NCBI GenBank assembly: GCA_028534125.1
Contig: CM052816.1
Span: forward strand, 71,364,001-71,428,000
Source: Lama glama
Lineage: Eukaryota
DNA: 64,000 nucleotides
Direction: 5' to 3'
The notes beneath the pieces are model-generated. The model was given only the letters and a program-made list of their open reading frames with translations, was not told where the DNA came from and did not search any database. This document shows positions 1 to 12,240 of the stretch, in pieces (positions within the stretch are counted from its first letter, which is position 1; the number at the start of each line of letters is the position of its first letter). Position numbers and translations under genes: made by a program.

Positions 1-278
1 GAAACAATAATAAAGGAAACAGTAATAAAGAAAAAGAGTCAGAGTGGTCTACTGTTTGAACTCTGGTGGCGATTTTTCAAACTCAAGGGCAGGTAATAAG
101 TAGCCATGAGACGTTTCCGCACAGTGTGTGATATGGAAACGCACTTGAAGAAGTGTGTGTGTATGTGTGTAAGATTTGCACATAAACAATCCCATAGAAT
201 ATATAAAACACCTTGCATCTTCTAGCCACAAACAACTAGGTGTATATTGAGAAGAAATATTGTCATTTTCCTGTGTGG

Positions 279-282
<4 letters not shown>

Positions 283-310
<28 letters not shown>
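283..310. repeat. (TG)n microsatellite
   Basis: Uninterrupted tg run read directly. Confidence 0.95.
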
Positions 311-317
<7 letters not shown>

Positions 318-1979
318 CAGGATAAATATGTATACTATGTGAGTTTATATAATTCACATAGCATGCATATACAGCTATAAATTCACTGGCATGTTAGAAT
401 ATGCAGGCTGGAAATTTTCCAGTGTGTGTACATATCCAATCTATATGAGAGCACGTATCTGTGATCAATTTGTATTTCGTATGCCTTACCTAGGGATTTG
501 TACTTGGGCAAAAAGGGTTACAAAGTCCATTAGCTGATCTGGCTTTATGGCAGTAAATCTCTCGATATTCAGCTATGACAGGAATTACTGTCCTCTAATG
601 AGTAATAAATGTGGGTAAGTCATGTGTCCCACTGGATTACTTGGCTAAAATCACATTTAGAAGATGGCTAATTGTCTAAAATTTATCCAAATCCAATACA
701 AATTTTATTGCCACTAATTGCCTTTGCAGGTTTTGGAGCATTAAGCATATTTAAATATATTTGTCATAGCACTCCTGTGCACATGTAATGCATGAATAGC
801 GTAGTCGTGACTATCCTATTTAAGCTTTTCAGCTATTTTGGTAATTTAACATTAAATCGTTATAACTTGAAATATAACTTTCCATTTTTAGAGCTGTGAC
901 AAATTGTATTTTTAAACTAAATGTTTTTGTCATGGGTAATCTATTCTTACTGTTTTGCAATTCTGACATGACTTAATTGTAATATCAGTGTTATCAATGA
1001 GTAAGAACATATTGTAATACCTTTTTATACCATTGTACATTTATTCACATAGCCAGTCTAAGAAAAGAGCCAGTCTTTTACCTGGTGCCACTGTACTAAA
1101 TAAACAGCTGTTTCCAAAACTTTTATATTTCTCAAAAACAATCCCTTATTTGAAATTGCATATATAAAATTGGTGTTTGATTTTAAAATCATATAAAATA
1201 TATATATGAGAGATAACATAGCTAATATGTAAGAAACTATGTACATTTAAAAGATTTCTAAAGGAATTTTTAAGTTTTTCCTTTGTTAAACAAGATCATA
1301 AATACAATATAATAACAAATATTAAAACGGTCTTGGATGAGATGTTTTTATATTGAAATATTCTTCCTTGTGAAAAGGTTCATGGTAAGAAAGATTAGCT
1401 TGAAAGGTGACAAGAGAATAAAATATGATAAATAAGTATATATTTTATCAACTAAAATTTCCATGAGATAGCAATTTGATGTCAAATAGCAGTTTGATCA
1501 TATGTTCCTATTCCAAGCATGTAGAAATAATTGGTAGATTGTAAAAATATATAAATACACAATGGGGTTTGTTTACTGAAAGGAGATATCTCTGTGAATC
1601 AGAAACAGAGAGGGGACCCACAGTGTAAGGAAGGACAGCTTATTCAAAGCCAGACCTTGAAACAAGTCATCTCAGTCTTGTCCCAAAGCCCAAGTGAATA
1701 TGGAGGGGGCTGAGAACAAACATATCCCATGTGCTGGATGGTCAAAGCTGGGGATGCCTCCTGAAGCCCCACTCTCTTGGTTCATGAATAGGACCTAGAG
1801 TACCACCTGCTTACCAGACTGGGGAAGAGACATCATCACCCAATGGGAATAAAAATCCATGCCAGCTGTCCCTCTGTCCCCAGATCAGCAGACTGATCTG
1901 CTACATGGTAAACTTGGGCTCTTGATAACTAAAAAAAGTTTGTACAAGGAAGAGCACACTAGAAGAAAACCCCTGGGAA

Positions 1980-4350
1980 GATGAAGTGACTAAAATGAAT
2001 TAAGGCCACGTGAGGAAATCCAGCAGCATGAAAGAGAGAAGATGGACTCAGCAGTCTTAACAAATTCCTATCCAAGGAAATAATGATAATTAAACAATTT
2101 GGAAAGGACTTTAATACAGAATCTTTTAAGTTTCTACAGCTATAATAGAAGGAAGAGTCCCCATGAAATAAGAGAAGCACAATCCATCAAATAGAAAGAA
2201 ATTATTATTGTAAAATATTTAGGTTTCTATGAAAAAAATCTGTTAGAAATATTAGTAATGAACATACAGTCAAAATATTTTTTAAAAGAATAGATGAGCT
2301 TTAAAGCCACCCAGAGGCAACTAAAGAAATAGTTATTAAATTAGAAGATAGAACCTAGGATAGCTGCAGTGATGTACCAGTGAGATGGAAAATCTGAAAG
2401 AAAAATTGATATATTAAGATCAATTAAGAAGTTCCATTTCATATTTAACATTTCAGAAAAAGAGAATGAGGATAAATTTGAATAGAAGATATTCGAAAGT
2501 TTTGTAACTATGAATTGTCCTTACTAAAATATCATTCATATTGAAAAACCCCAGGGGTAGGATAATTATGTTCACTCCACATCAGGCCACATCATGACAA
2601 AATCGTAGGATATCAGAGATAATGAAGTCCTAAAAGCCACAAGAAAGAAAAGTTGGACTGGTTACAAAGAACATCAACAAAATCAGCAACAGATTTCTCA
2701 TCAGCAGCTAGGATCCCCAAATACAGTAGAGTGACAGCTTGAAAATCAGTATGGAGAAGTAAAACACATCTACTGAAATTTTTTTACCCAGCCACATAAT
2801 GATTTCAAAGGGATGATATAATAAGCATTTGTTATATTTTCTGACTGACTGTCATTTTCTCGGCTTGAACAAGAAGCAAGAAGACAAATGAAAATAAGAA
2901 AAATGTAAGTCAACAGGCAAGGATGACAAAAAAAAATTAGTAAAGTCCAATAGTAATGCTAAATGAATAAGGACTGAAATTTAAAAAAATAATAAAATAA
3001 AATAGACAAATTTGGGTATATTTAGCTTAAGGACTCTTTGCTATGTTTTAGAGTTTTTTGCTATTTTGCAAATTCTCAGAACATCTATCATTGGATTTTA
3101 AATAATATTAGAAACATTAATAACAGAGATAAAACTTAAGAAAATGAAATCAAACATTAATATCAGAAAAAAGTACAGAAGATTAAAGACCAAAGTAAAA
3201 AAAGGAGAAATTGTAAATGATGAGTAAGAAAAACATGTACAGGGTGATAAGAATGATAACTACAGAAGAAAAAGAAATTAGTCTAAACGTATATAAATTG
3301 GTGTTCCTAAACAAAAGATCGACAAAATAAAATAGAAGTATAATCAAAGTCATGAGAAGAATTTGCCCATCTGAATAAACACCCAAGTCTTCAATTTATG
3401 CAAAGAGGATTAAAATATGTGTATATTAGCTACATTCACATTTTCTGAAATTCAAAAATTAAAAAAAAAACTATAAAGAAGCAAAAAGTCCTTAAAAGAA
3501 CAAAAATTAAGCTTGCTTGAGACTTCTCTTTTATAACGTTAAATACCAGAAGGAGGAGAAAATTGTATGACTTAATTTTCAATATTGTGTGAAGTTGTTG
3601 TTAATAGAATAAAGCAATCAAAATATACTTGATAAATACAAGGATTCAGAAATTACTGCACCTAAATACTTTTGCTGTATAGAATCTCAAAGATTCAATG
3701 TAACTGATTGGGAAAGAAACCAAAACAAGTTGAAAATGGGAAACCTGTATTAGAAAAAGACTAGTAATAATCATTGAAAGCAACCATATAAAGCTTAATT
3801 TTGTTTATGTAATTTAGGAACAAATTTAGATGCTAAAATAAAAGACAAATAATATAAAAGTAAAAAATAACATATTCCTCTGGGTCTGGAACGTCTAAGC
3901 GAAATAAACAATGCCAGGAAATGGGTGAAGAGAGTAGCAAACTCAAATAAACAGTAATTCAAAAACTCGTATTTCACTCAGGACCTGATAAATAGAGAAC
4001 GATTGTTTTAAGGTTTTGATGAAAAGGTAATTGCTAGAAGGATGATAACCATGATCTATTTTAATCAAAGCAGTAGGATAGAGAAATAAATATTTGATCC
4101 AAATTATGATTTCTGAAAATAAACACAGAAATTTTGCAAAATAAAAGGCATAAAGTATGTGACATATATGTGACATATTATGTGACAGAAGTTAAAAATT
4201 TCAGCCTCATTCAAAACCCAGAAGTCCACCTGTAAGCTATCTAAAAGAAGGAAATCTAAAACTAAGTGATATTAAGGTTAAAAGTAAGAGAATGCCAATG
4301 ATCTATCATAAATGTTAAACAAACAAAGTAGTTGGGGTCCTATTTTAATA
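1980..4350 (+). mobile_element. Ancient, degraded L1 (ORF1-like region into ORF2 start)
   Basis: Strongly A-rich plus strand with L1 ORF1-type motifs (e.g. ttagaagatagaacc, gcaacagatttctcatcagcagc, tacccagcc). Appears to be two ORF1-like passes; no open frame; boundaries approximate. Confidence 0.55.
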
Positions 4351-5499
4351 CAGCCAAGATCTCATTTTGCCTATGCCAGCCAGCCCTGGTGGGCCAGTGC
4401 AGTGGGGAAAGTGAACTGCTATTGCTTGTAAATGAAGAATAATACAACCATCAAAAGGGAAAAATAGGCAATATGGGCAGATTGTCTATCCAGAAGCCCC
4501 AAATAATCAATTACAAAAAAGAAAAGAAATAAGAGGAATGAGTTTAGTAAGTTAGATGTTTCAGAAATCTAGGAGAGTTCTTAAATATCAGTAATTATAC
4601 AAAACAATGAGAAAAATAAGAACATAATAGCATCACAAATTTTTCTTTAATTTTCAGTATAGGTGGGGATGCCCCAAATCTGTTTGGGAATTGTTAACCT
4701 GCTAGGTACCTGCTAGGGCAACAGTAGATCGAAAACCACAGGTAGGAAAGAGAACAGACTTAGATCATGAGTCTCCAAGGAGAAGACTTAACAAAAAGCT
4801 TTAGCTAGTATCTCAAAATACCGTGCTTTCCGTTGTTTTTTAATTTCTATTATTGTTTTTATTCTGCTTTTCTATTATTTTTTGTTATTTATTAGTAGGA
4901 TGATAATTCCATCTGTAGTTCTATATGTGAATTACTTTTGATATTCTTTCCCTTTCAAATATGTGCCATTAAAACATTAAAACTTCCAAATAATATGTGC
5001 CATTAAAACAGTTATCAAAATGGGTTATTGGGATTTCTAGTCTTTGGAGTCAATTTTCTAGAACCTTCAGCAATACCTTAAAAGAAGAGAAAGATTAAAG
5101 AAAATTCTAAGTTTGGGGGCAACTCACTATAATTTAATACATGATTTGGAATATCAATAAGTAGCTTGGAGTATCAGGGTTAGGGGATAAATAGAAGAAA
5201 ACAGTAGCTTAAAAACGGAAGCTTTTTTGGTTTTTTTTGCAATCAATTGAAACAGGTTGAGTTGCTTAAAGGAGTTGTGAGTGGTTATTATGGAAGTGAA
5301 AGGTCAGGTACAATGTGATAAAAGCTTTTTGAAATACACACATGAATTCCCATACTGCAAAATGCCATAGATTGACCAGCATAAATAATGTGAGTAGCTT
5401 AAAGAAATTTTGGTCAACAACCTGGTTATCAATCCCAAATGGTGGACAAACTTGAAAAGCATGTGTTTCAAGGGTAAAATGAAGAAAAGGGCTAACCAG

Positions 5500-6850
5500 A
5501 AGATGGAAAATATGGGAGGTGGGCTCTTTTGAATAAGGAGAAACAGAACTTAGACATATGTAAAAAGGAGTGCAATGTTGAGTGGCAAACATGAATACAA
5601 AAGAAAGTTTTTCTTCTCTGGAAGAGAAATGCATTAGGCCAGATAGTAGAACTAACTCACACCATACAAAGTAAACAGCAGTTGGTTCGAGCAGTTAAAT
5701 CTAATAAAAAATAAATGTTTTTAAAGTGTATAGATCCATTATATTTTCTCAGAGAATGAAATACATTCTAAAGGATATAAGGTAACTATGAAAATAAAAA
5801 GTAATCAGTCAAAAAGAAAAAAATTAAACACTAAAAGACATAAAACACAATGGGAAAATAATTTACATTGTACAAATCAAAGTGACCTTTGCATACGGGG
5901 TGGTTATAATCACTAAAACACACATACACATGTACATTGACATACAAGTGTAAGGACAGAGAAAAATGACATATTTTTCCAAAGAAAATATTCAAACAGA
6001 TAACGAACATGAAAACTATAGTTGGAAGTAAAGAAATAAAAAGCAAAGATTGACCAAATGAGGTATTATTTTGATGTGTCAATATAGCAATTCAGAATAA
6101 TCAGCATTTAATGTCAGTCAATATGTAGGGCAGCAAACATTCTTCACACCTGTGGGAATGTTGATGCAGTGTCCTGGAAGAAAATATTTGAAAATCTGTA
6201 TCAAATGTAATTTTGTAACAGGACTGTATCATAAGGAAACCATAAGACCCATACAAAAGTATGACCTACGATAGCATTCACAACAGTCTTATATAAAAAC
6301 AGGGACTTAATTTAAATACACGTCAGCTAAGAATTGATTGGATTCATTATAATTTGTATCTAAAATGTAGTATTCTATATCCCTAAAAATCATACTTAGT
6401 AAAACAATCAGTCACATGAATGAATGTTTATGATATAGCCTTAAGTTTGAAAAATCATATTAAAATATTTTGTAGGGTGAATTCCAAATGTATGAAATGT
6501 ATTTTGTGTGTGTATAGTAAAATATTAGCATGTTGGTATAGTAATGGTTGGGTGGTAAATTTCAGGGATTTACTAAAGTTTGTACAATAAATAAGCAGTA
6601 ATTGATAATCTGGTAAGTGTTAATATGGTTTCAAAATATTGAAGTAACCTTGAATTGCTTCCAAATAAAATAGAGATGTAGAGAAATGCACAGACATACG
6701 ACACAGCAAATACAGGGACATGCTGGTGGAGATAGGTGCTAGGCGTTCTTCATTGTAAAAGTCTTTCAACTTTGTGGTATGTTTGAAGATTTTCATAATA
6801 AAATCTCAGAAAAAAATTAATTAAAATGTTTATTTTATATTCTAAAATTA
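5500..6850 (+). mobile_element. Ancient L1M(E/C) 3' part with nested L1 3'-end fragment
   Basis: Degenerate ORF2 C-terminal and 3'UTR motifs (ctcacaccatacaaa, tgtgggaatg, tttgaagattttcataataaaa). Confidence 0.55.
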
Positions 6851-7000
6851 TTATTTCTACAATTCATAAATTTTACCAAAGTGATTAATGCTTATTTTTG
6901 ATAATTGAAAGTAACATTTTATGGAGACTTTTAAGCTGTTAAAGTATATTTTTTAAATGGCAGTTTAATCAAAATTTAATTTATAATTATAAGTCAAGTT

Positions 7001-7136
7001 GGGGATGGTATAGCTCAAGTGGTAAAGCGCATGCTTAGCATGCATGAAGTCCTGGTTTCAATCCCCAGAACCTCCATTTGAAAAAATAATTAAATAAATA
7101 AACCTATTTACTACCCCCACAAAAAAGCAAAAAAAG
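7001..7136 (+). mobile_element. tRNA(Ala)-derived SINE of camelid (Vic-1-like) type
   Basis: ggggatggtatagctcaagtggtaaagcgcatgcttagcatgcatgaagtcctggtttcaatccccag shows an A box (tagctcaagtgg) and B box (gtttcaatcc), followed by an aaataaataaaccta...cccc tail and an A-rich end. Confidence 0.85.
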
Positions 7137-9649
7137 TTGAAATTACTGAGTTAATCTGTTTATTATTTTTAATGCAATCAGAGTACACTATGGCAAAAAT
7201 TTTTCTAAGTCAGATAAACGTTTCCATACGCAGTAAAGTGCATATTTCTAAAGTTTATAGCCACATGCATTTGGCTATACTACTGTGCAATGTATAATCT
7301 GTGTTATTTGTGGCACTTCAAAATTACACTTGATTTTTTACTCTTTCCTTTAAGAGATGTCCTATCTGATACCAAAAACATTAAATTTAGTATTATTTAC
7401 CAAATATGCATTATACTTTAAAAAATAAATAAAACCTGAATTTAAAAACTGATTGAAGCACACCAGAGTGGAGAGCATTTCCAGCCACACTGAAATAACC
7501 AATTGTGATGATTTTCACTAGTCTCAATCAAATAGAAGCTCCATTGTGATTGTTTCATTGTAAAAGCCCATTTGACTCAAATTAATTTTTCCTTGTCCAT
7601 GTGCATGCTGTCTGATTTGGCCAATGGTTCTTGCTAATTCACAGTGACAGTTTTGAATGATGTCATAACTTTATTTCTTTATTATTTCTGAGTTCATTGC
7701 ATTTAACGTTGGAAAACATGGTGAAACTACCATAATAAGAAGCATAACCCTAGGAAAGATATTAACAAATAGCATTTCTACATTGTTTCCAATGAACAAC
7801 TGTAAAAATTTTTCTCTGTCTTCTCTATAGATTTATAGTGCAATCAAAACCAAATAGAGCTTGCCATACCAAGGCCAAGGCTTATTATATGTCTTCTGTT
7901 TATTAACCTTTTGTTTCTCGGTGTATCCATTGTCAAGAAAGAGAGAGAGAGAAGGCTGAGGCAGTCCTGTCAAAGCCCACATAGCTTAGTTCATCAAGTG
8001 GAAGGTAGGCTGGGTATCAACTCCCTCTCACCTCTCTGGCAGACACTTTAGGTCAATGCAGAACTGCACATCTGTACAGCCAGTCCCCAGCAAAGCTGTC
8101 TTCTTGATACCCCTATGTATTTTTTTTTCCATCCACGTTTAAGAATGTATAGTTTAAAAAAAAGTGACCTTAACTATGCATATGTACTTCATTTCTATTT
8201 TCAAATACTGCTTTTCCAAAAATAATAATATTAAATTCAGGATATAGAGAGAATTTTCTTGTAAACAAATGAGAATTTCTTGATGATCACAATAATAGCA
8301 GGCTGAAACAATACTTTAGGAAATGTAATAAGGAAACAATTGATGAATCTGAACACTTTAGCTGAAGTCTAGTTACTAAATTAAATACTCTACTTAGATC
8401 CTTCCTTTTTTTATGATTCTGTTACCTAGATATACTTCAGTTTATTGCAGCATCCAAGAAATGAGGGAGGTGTGGTTTGGTTTTCAGTGTGCTTGAACTA
8501 TCTCTGGGGACCAGCTTTTTGATTATAGATAAAAGGGAGATTTTTCCAAAAATTAAAATCTCTGGTCTTTTGTAAGTTCTAGTGTGATATTAACATTTTA
8601 TCTGCATAATGCCAATCTTTGTATTAAGTTTTCTCAATTTTATTATGATATGAAAATGGGTTTTGAAGAGCTTTACACTCTACATTATTCCTGTAAGAAA
8701 TTTGAAAGGGAGAAATGTGCAAAAAACAACTACTTGGGATTGGATAAGTCTATGTGGGGGAATTTTCTGATTATATTTTTAAAATATTGTTCCCAGATTT
8801 ATATACACATTTGGATAAACTAACCACACATATTTATTATGTATACTTTAAACAGGAGGAATACCATTAAAGTCCATAGAGTAAATATATAGTCATTTTG
8901 TAAATTATTTATCTAGAACCCTCAAGAGCTTTTGGCTGCTATTTCATCTGTCAGTTAAATTTGTTTTAGTGATATAAGTAATAGTTATATGATATTATTG
9001 TATAAAGTAGCCATGAAAATATGTACAATTTACTTGTAAGAATGATCAAATAAATAAAGACATAAAGATATATCTTATCTTGATCAATGTATTAACTCTG
9101 CAAGTGCTAATCAGCATTTTGCTTGTTCTTCTTTGTGAAAATGTACACCTTAATTTAACATATGCTTTTCCATTCATTTTAAAATAAATTATATTAACAT
9201 TTTTAAAGTTCACAGATATATACAATCTCATATATTCTTAACAGAGTTGGATTTAAAGAATTTTGTAGATCTCTAAAACAATGTATTATTGAAACATCAT
9301 GAAAAATAATGAAGCCACCTAAAAATAACCCATCAGCTTTTTTAATGCCCCAACCAAAATACATAGAGATAATGCATTTATATTGATAGGAGTTCTATCA
9401 ATAAACTTCAGATTTACTGGTACCCTCTTTATTAACTAACCTAAAATGTGCAATTTTCTATTACATTTTTCCCTAAAAGATATAAAATTAGAGAAATTTA
9501 AGCAGCAATTCACAGGCTATCCTATGGGAAGGTGTATAAGACAGTTTAAGTGGATGAACTAGGACTTGCCTATAGAAAATTTGTCTTGGAGTCTTTGTTC
9601 TTATAGTTGTGCCTTTCCTACCAAATCATCTGATTTCCAGGTCAGGAAG

Positions 9650-10280
9650 ACAGACTGCACATACTCAGAAACATCCCCATTCCAAACATATAGAAATAAT
9701 AAAATAGCTTTTAAAAGAGTCTCTAAACACATTATACAAATGGTGAAACCAGTTAAGCAGTTTGCTATTTGAGTCTGTGGCTCAGGGTGAAAAATTAGAG
9801 CTAGAGATGTAGATTCGAGAATCATCAACAAATAAATGCTACTTTTGTCTATAGAACAGGATTAGGTTTTATAGAGGGAACACAAAAATAGATTGGATAT
9901 CAGGAGCTAGGATGGAGGCCTGGATTGAGCCCAAGTCTTTAACATTTAATACTTAGAGGAGGAGAATGTGCCAACACCAGCAAAAGGTGAAAAGGCACAG
10001 CCACTAGGATCGGAGAAAAAGTTGAAAGAACGAGGTATCAAAAAAGCAAATGAGGAAACTGTTTCCACAGAGAGGGTGCATCACTAGGTCAGGCAAGCCT
10101 AAGAGGTGGAGGAAGACTTCAAGGACAGAGAACCGACCACCGGATTTAGCAAGATGGAGGTCAGTGGTGAGACTGACAAGATCAGTTTCAACGGGAGCAG
10201 AGCATAGAAAGAAAACCAGTACGACTGGTTGGCTAACACTGAATACACAGAAGACCGTAGTAATTATGAATTTGAGTGAG
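9650..10280 (-). mobile_element. L2 (LINE2) fragment
   Basis: Purine-rich antisense L2 motifs (gagctagagatgtagattcgagaatcatc, ggatttagcaagatggaggtcagtggtga, agtttca). Confidence 0.65.
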
Positions 10281-10370
10281 GCCAGTTGACATACTTATAT
10301 AATGTTTTGTGTATATGTAATATATAATTAATGTTCTATAGCTCCTTTTACCTGATTGAGTGAAAGCACA

Positions 10371-10746
10371 TGCATTAGTTTGCTAGGGCTGCCGTAACAA
10401 AATACCACAGGCTGGAACATCAGGAGTTTATTTCTCAAGGTTCTGAAAGTTGAAAGTCCAAGATCAAGCAGTCAACGGGTTTAGTTTCTCCTGAGGTCTC
10501 CCTCCTTGGCTTGCAGAAGTCTGCCTTCTCACTATCTCCTCACATGACCTTTTCTCTTTGCATGGGTGTCCCTGATGTCTTCCTCTCTTCTTATAAGGAT
10601 GTCATTCTTGCTGGATTAGAGCCCCACCCTTATGGCCTCATTTAATCTTAATTCCCCTCTTAATGACCCTATGTCCAAATATAGTCAGTTGGAGATTAAG
10701 GCCCTAAAGTATGACTATTTAGAGGACACAATTTTAGTCCATAAGG
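10371..10746 (-). mobile_element. ERVL-MaLR solo LTR (MLT1B/C-like)
   Basis: tgcattagtttgctagggctgccgtaacaaaataccacag ... tcttataagga ... ggacacaattttagtccata are typical MLT1 termini and internal motifs. Confidence 0.85.
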
Positions 10747-10969
10747 ACCATATAATTGATGGATAGTTTAATTTAGTTGGGGTTGGCTACACCCCAGTAG
10801 CAGAGAAAAGAAAGTAGACAAAGAAGTGAAGCTATTTGTAATGACTCTAGATGACAGAATCTAAGTTTAAAAGAGGGCAAGAAATTTTGGAGGAACATGT
10901 AAGAAGTAGGTTCATTGGATTGAATTTCTTAATGAAGATGAAGAATTATTACAAGAAGGAGGATTATTG

Positions 10970-11190
10970 TGATAATAATAAGAAACATTTTCTGAAAACT
11001 TCCCCGTGCGTCAGCTGGGCTCATAACAATGCTATAAAGAAGGGCCAGTGTTATTCCCATTTTGCGGATGCGACCCGGAGGCACAATGTGATTGAGTAGC
11101 TTGCAAAAGTCCTATATTTACAAAATAGAGGCAGAATTTGAAGAATATCAGTCTGCTTCCAGAGACCACACTCTTCACCACAGTGTTCTA
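10970..11190 (-). mobile_element. MIR SINE
   Basis: MIR core: ttattcccattttgcggatg...gaggcaca...ttgcaaaagtc...ggcagaatttgaa...tctgcttccagag. Confidence 0.7.
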
Positions 11191-11982
11191 ATTTAGCTGG
11201 AGGATGAGAATGAAGCAATGTTCACAGAGCAGAATTCTCAAAATCAGTGTTCCTGAAATGGTCGCTGTATTGGGCATGACAAGCTCCAAGGCTGATCCTG
11301 TAACTGATTGGTTGAGTTTGGACCATGGGAAAAAAATAATTTGAGAACAAGTTGCTGAGGGGCTAGGGTGATGGATGGGGATGGATCACTTACATGAATG
11401 AGCAACTCACAAAAATGATGAGAGAATTTTAGTGCTATGCATCAGTAAGCAAGTCCATTCAGAAAAAGTGTGTAGAGGACATGGCGACAATTTATGAAGG
11501 AAATACACGTGACCATTAAACTTGAAAATGTCCTATCGCCATAGTCATAAAAAGGTCCAGATTAAAATCTGTATTTAAAATTAGATGATTTCCATAACTC
11601 ATAAGAAAGATTTTCTCAAACATTGCTTGTGGGAGGACAGCTTGGTATGTATACCCATTACCCCAGTGATTCCACTTCTAGGAACCCACCCTAAATAAAG
11701 CATCTGCAATTTAGAAAAAGGCTTATGCATATGTATAATCACAACAATGTCATGTGTAATAGAAAAAACTCCTGAAAATAACCTAACATTCCCAACAGAA
11801 GAATGATAACATTTAAAAAACTCTCATTTCAAAATCAAAATTTTGAAGAATTTTCGTATCAGTGAAAAAGACACTTTAAAGAGTGGGGTGTCAAATTATA
11901 TCTACCTTTAGTGCTGAATTTTGAAGGAAAAAATATTTTTATATATGAAGTCATAGAAAATAAACGAAGTATACCACGATGA

Positions 11983-12240
11983 TTTTTTTTTTGAGAGTTA
12001 TGTTTTATTTGGCACTTACTGCGGACTCAAGTCCAGGAGGCAGCGTCTCAGACAGCTCCTGGAGAGTGCTCCCAACAGCTAAGGGAGGAGCCAGAATATA
12101 CAGAGATTTTGCAACAAAAGCCAGGTAGTCAGAACATCGAAAGGTTACTGCTAATTAAAAAAAACTAGACATCTCAAGTTAAGGAGTTTAATACTTGTCT
12201 ATGTATGGAAAGATACAAGAGTCTGGGCTCACTGAAATCA
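11983..12240 (-). mobile_element. ERV1 LTR fragment (MER41-like artiodactyl LTR) ending in poly(A)
   Basis: LTR motifs (agcgtctcagacagctc, gggaggagccagaatata, agacatctcaagttaagga, gagtctgggctcactgaaatca). Minus strand ends AATAAA-acataactctc-A10. Confidence 0.7.

Noticed and set aside
4958..5010. 19-bp direct repeat aatatgtgccattaaaaca (similar small duplications at ~4158 and ~19340)
   Set aside because: Ordinary local slippage duplications, not an array. No CRISPR-like structure is present anywhere in this eukaryotic window.
7001..7075. Possible tRNA-Ala gene
   Set aside because: Continues into a SINE body and A-rich tail, has a second family copy at 46739, and the acceptor stem is not restored.
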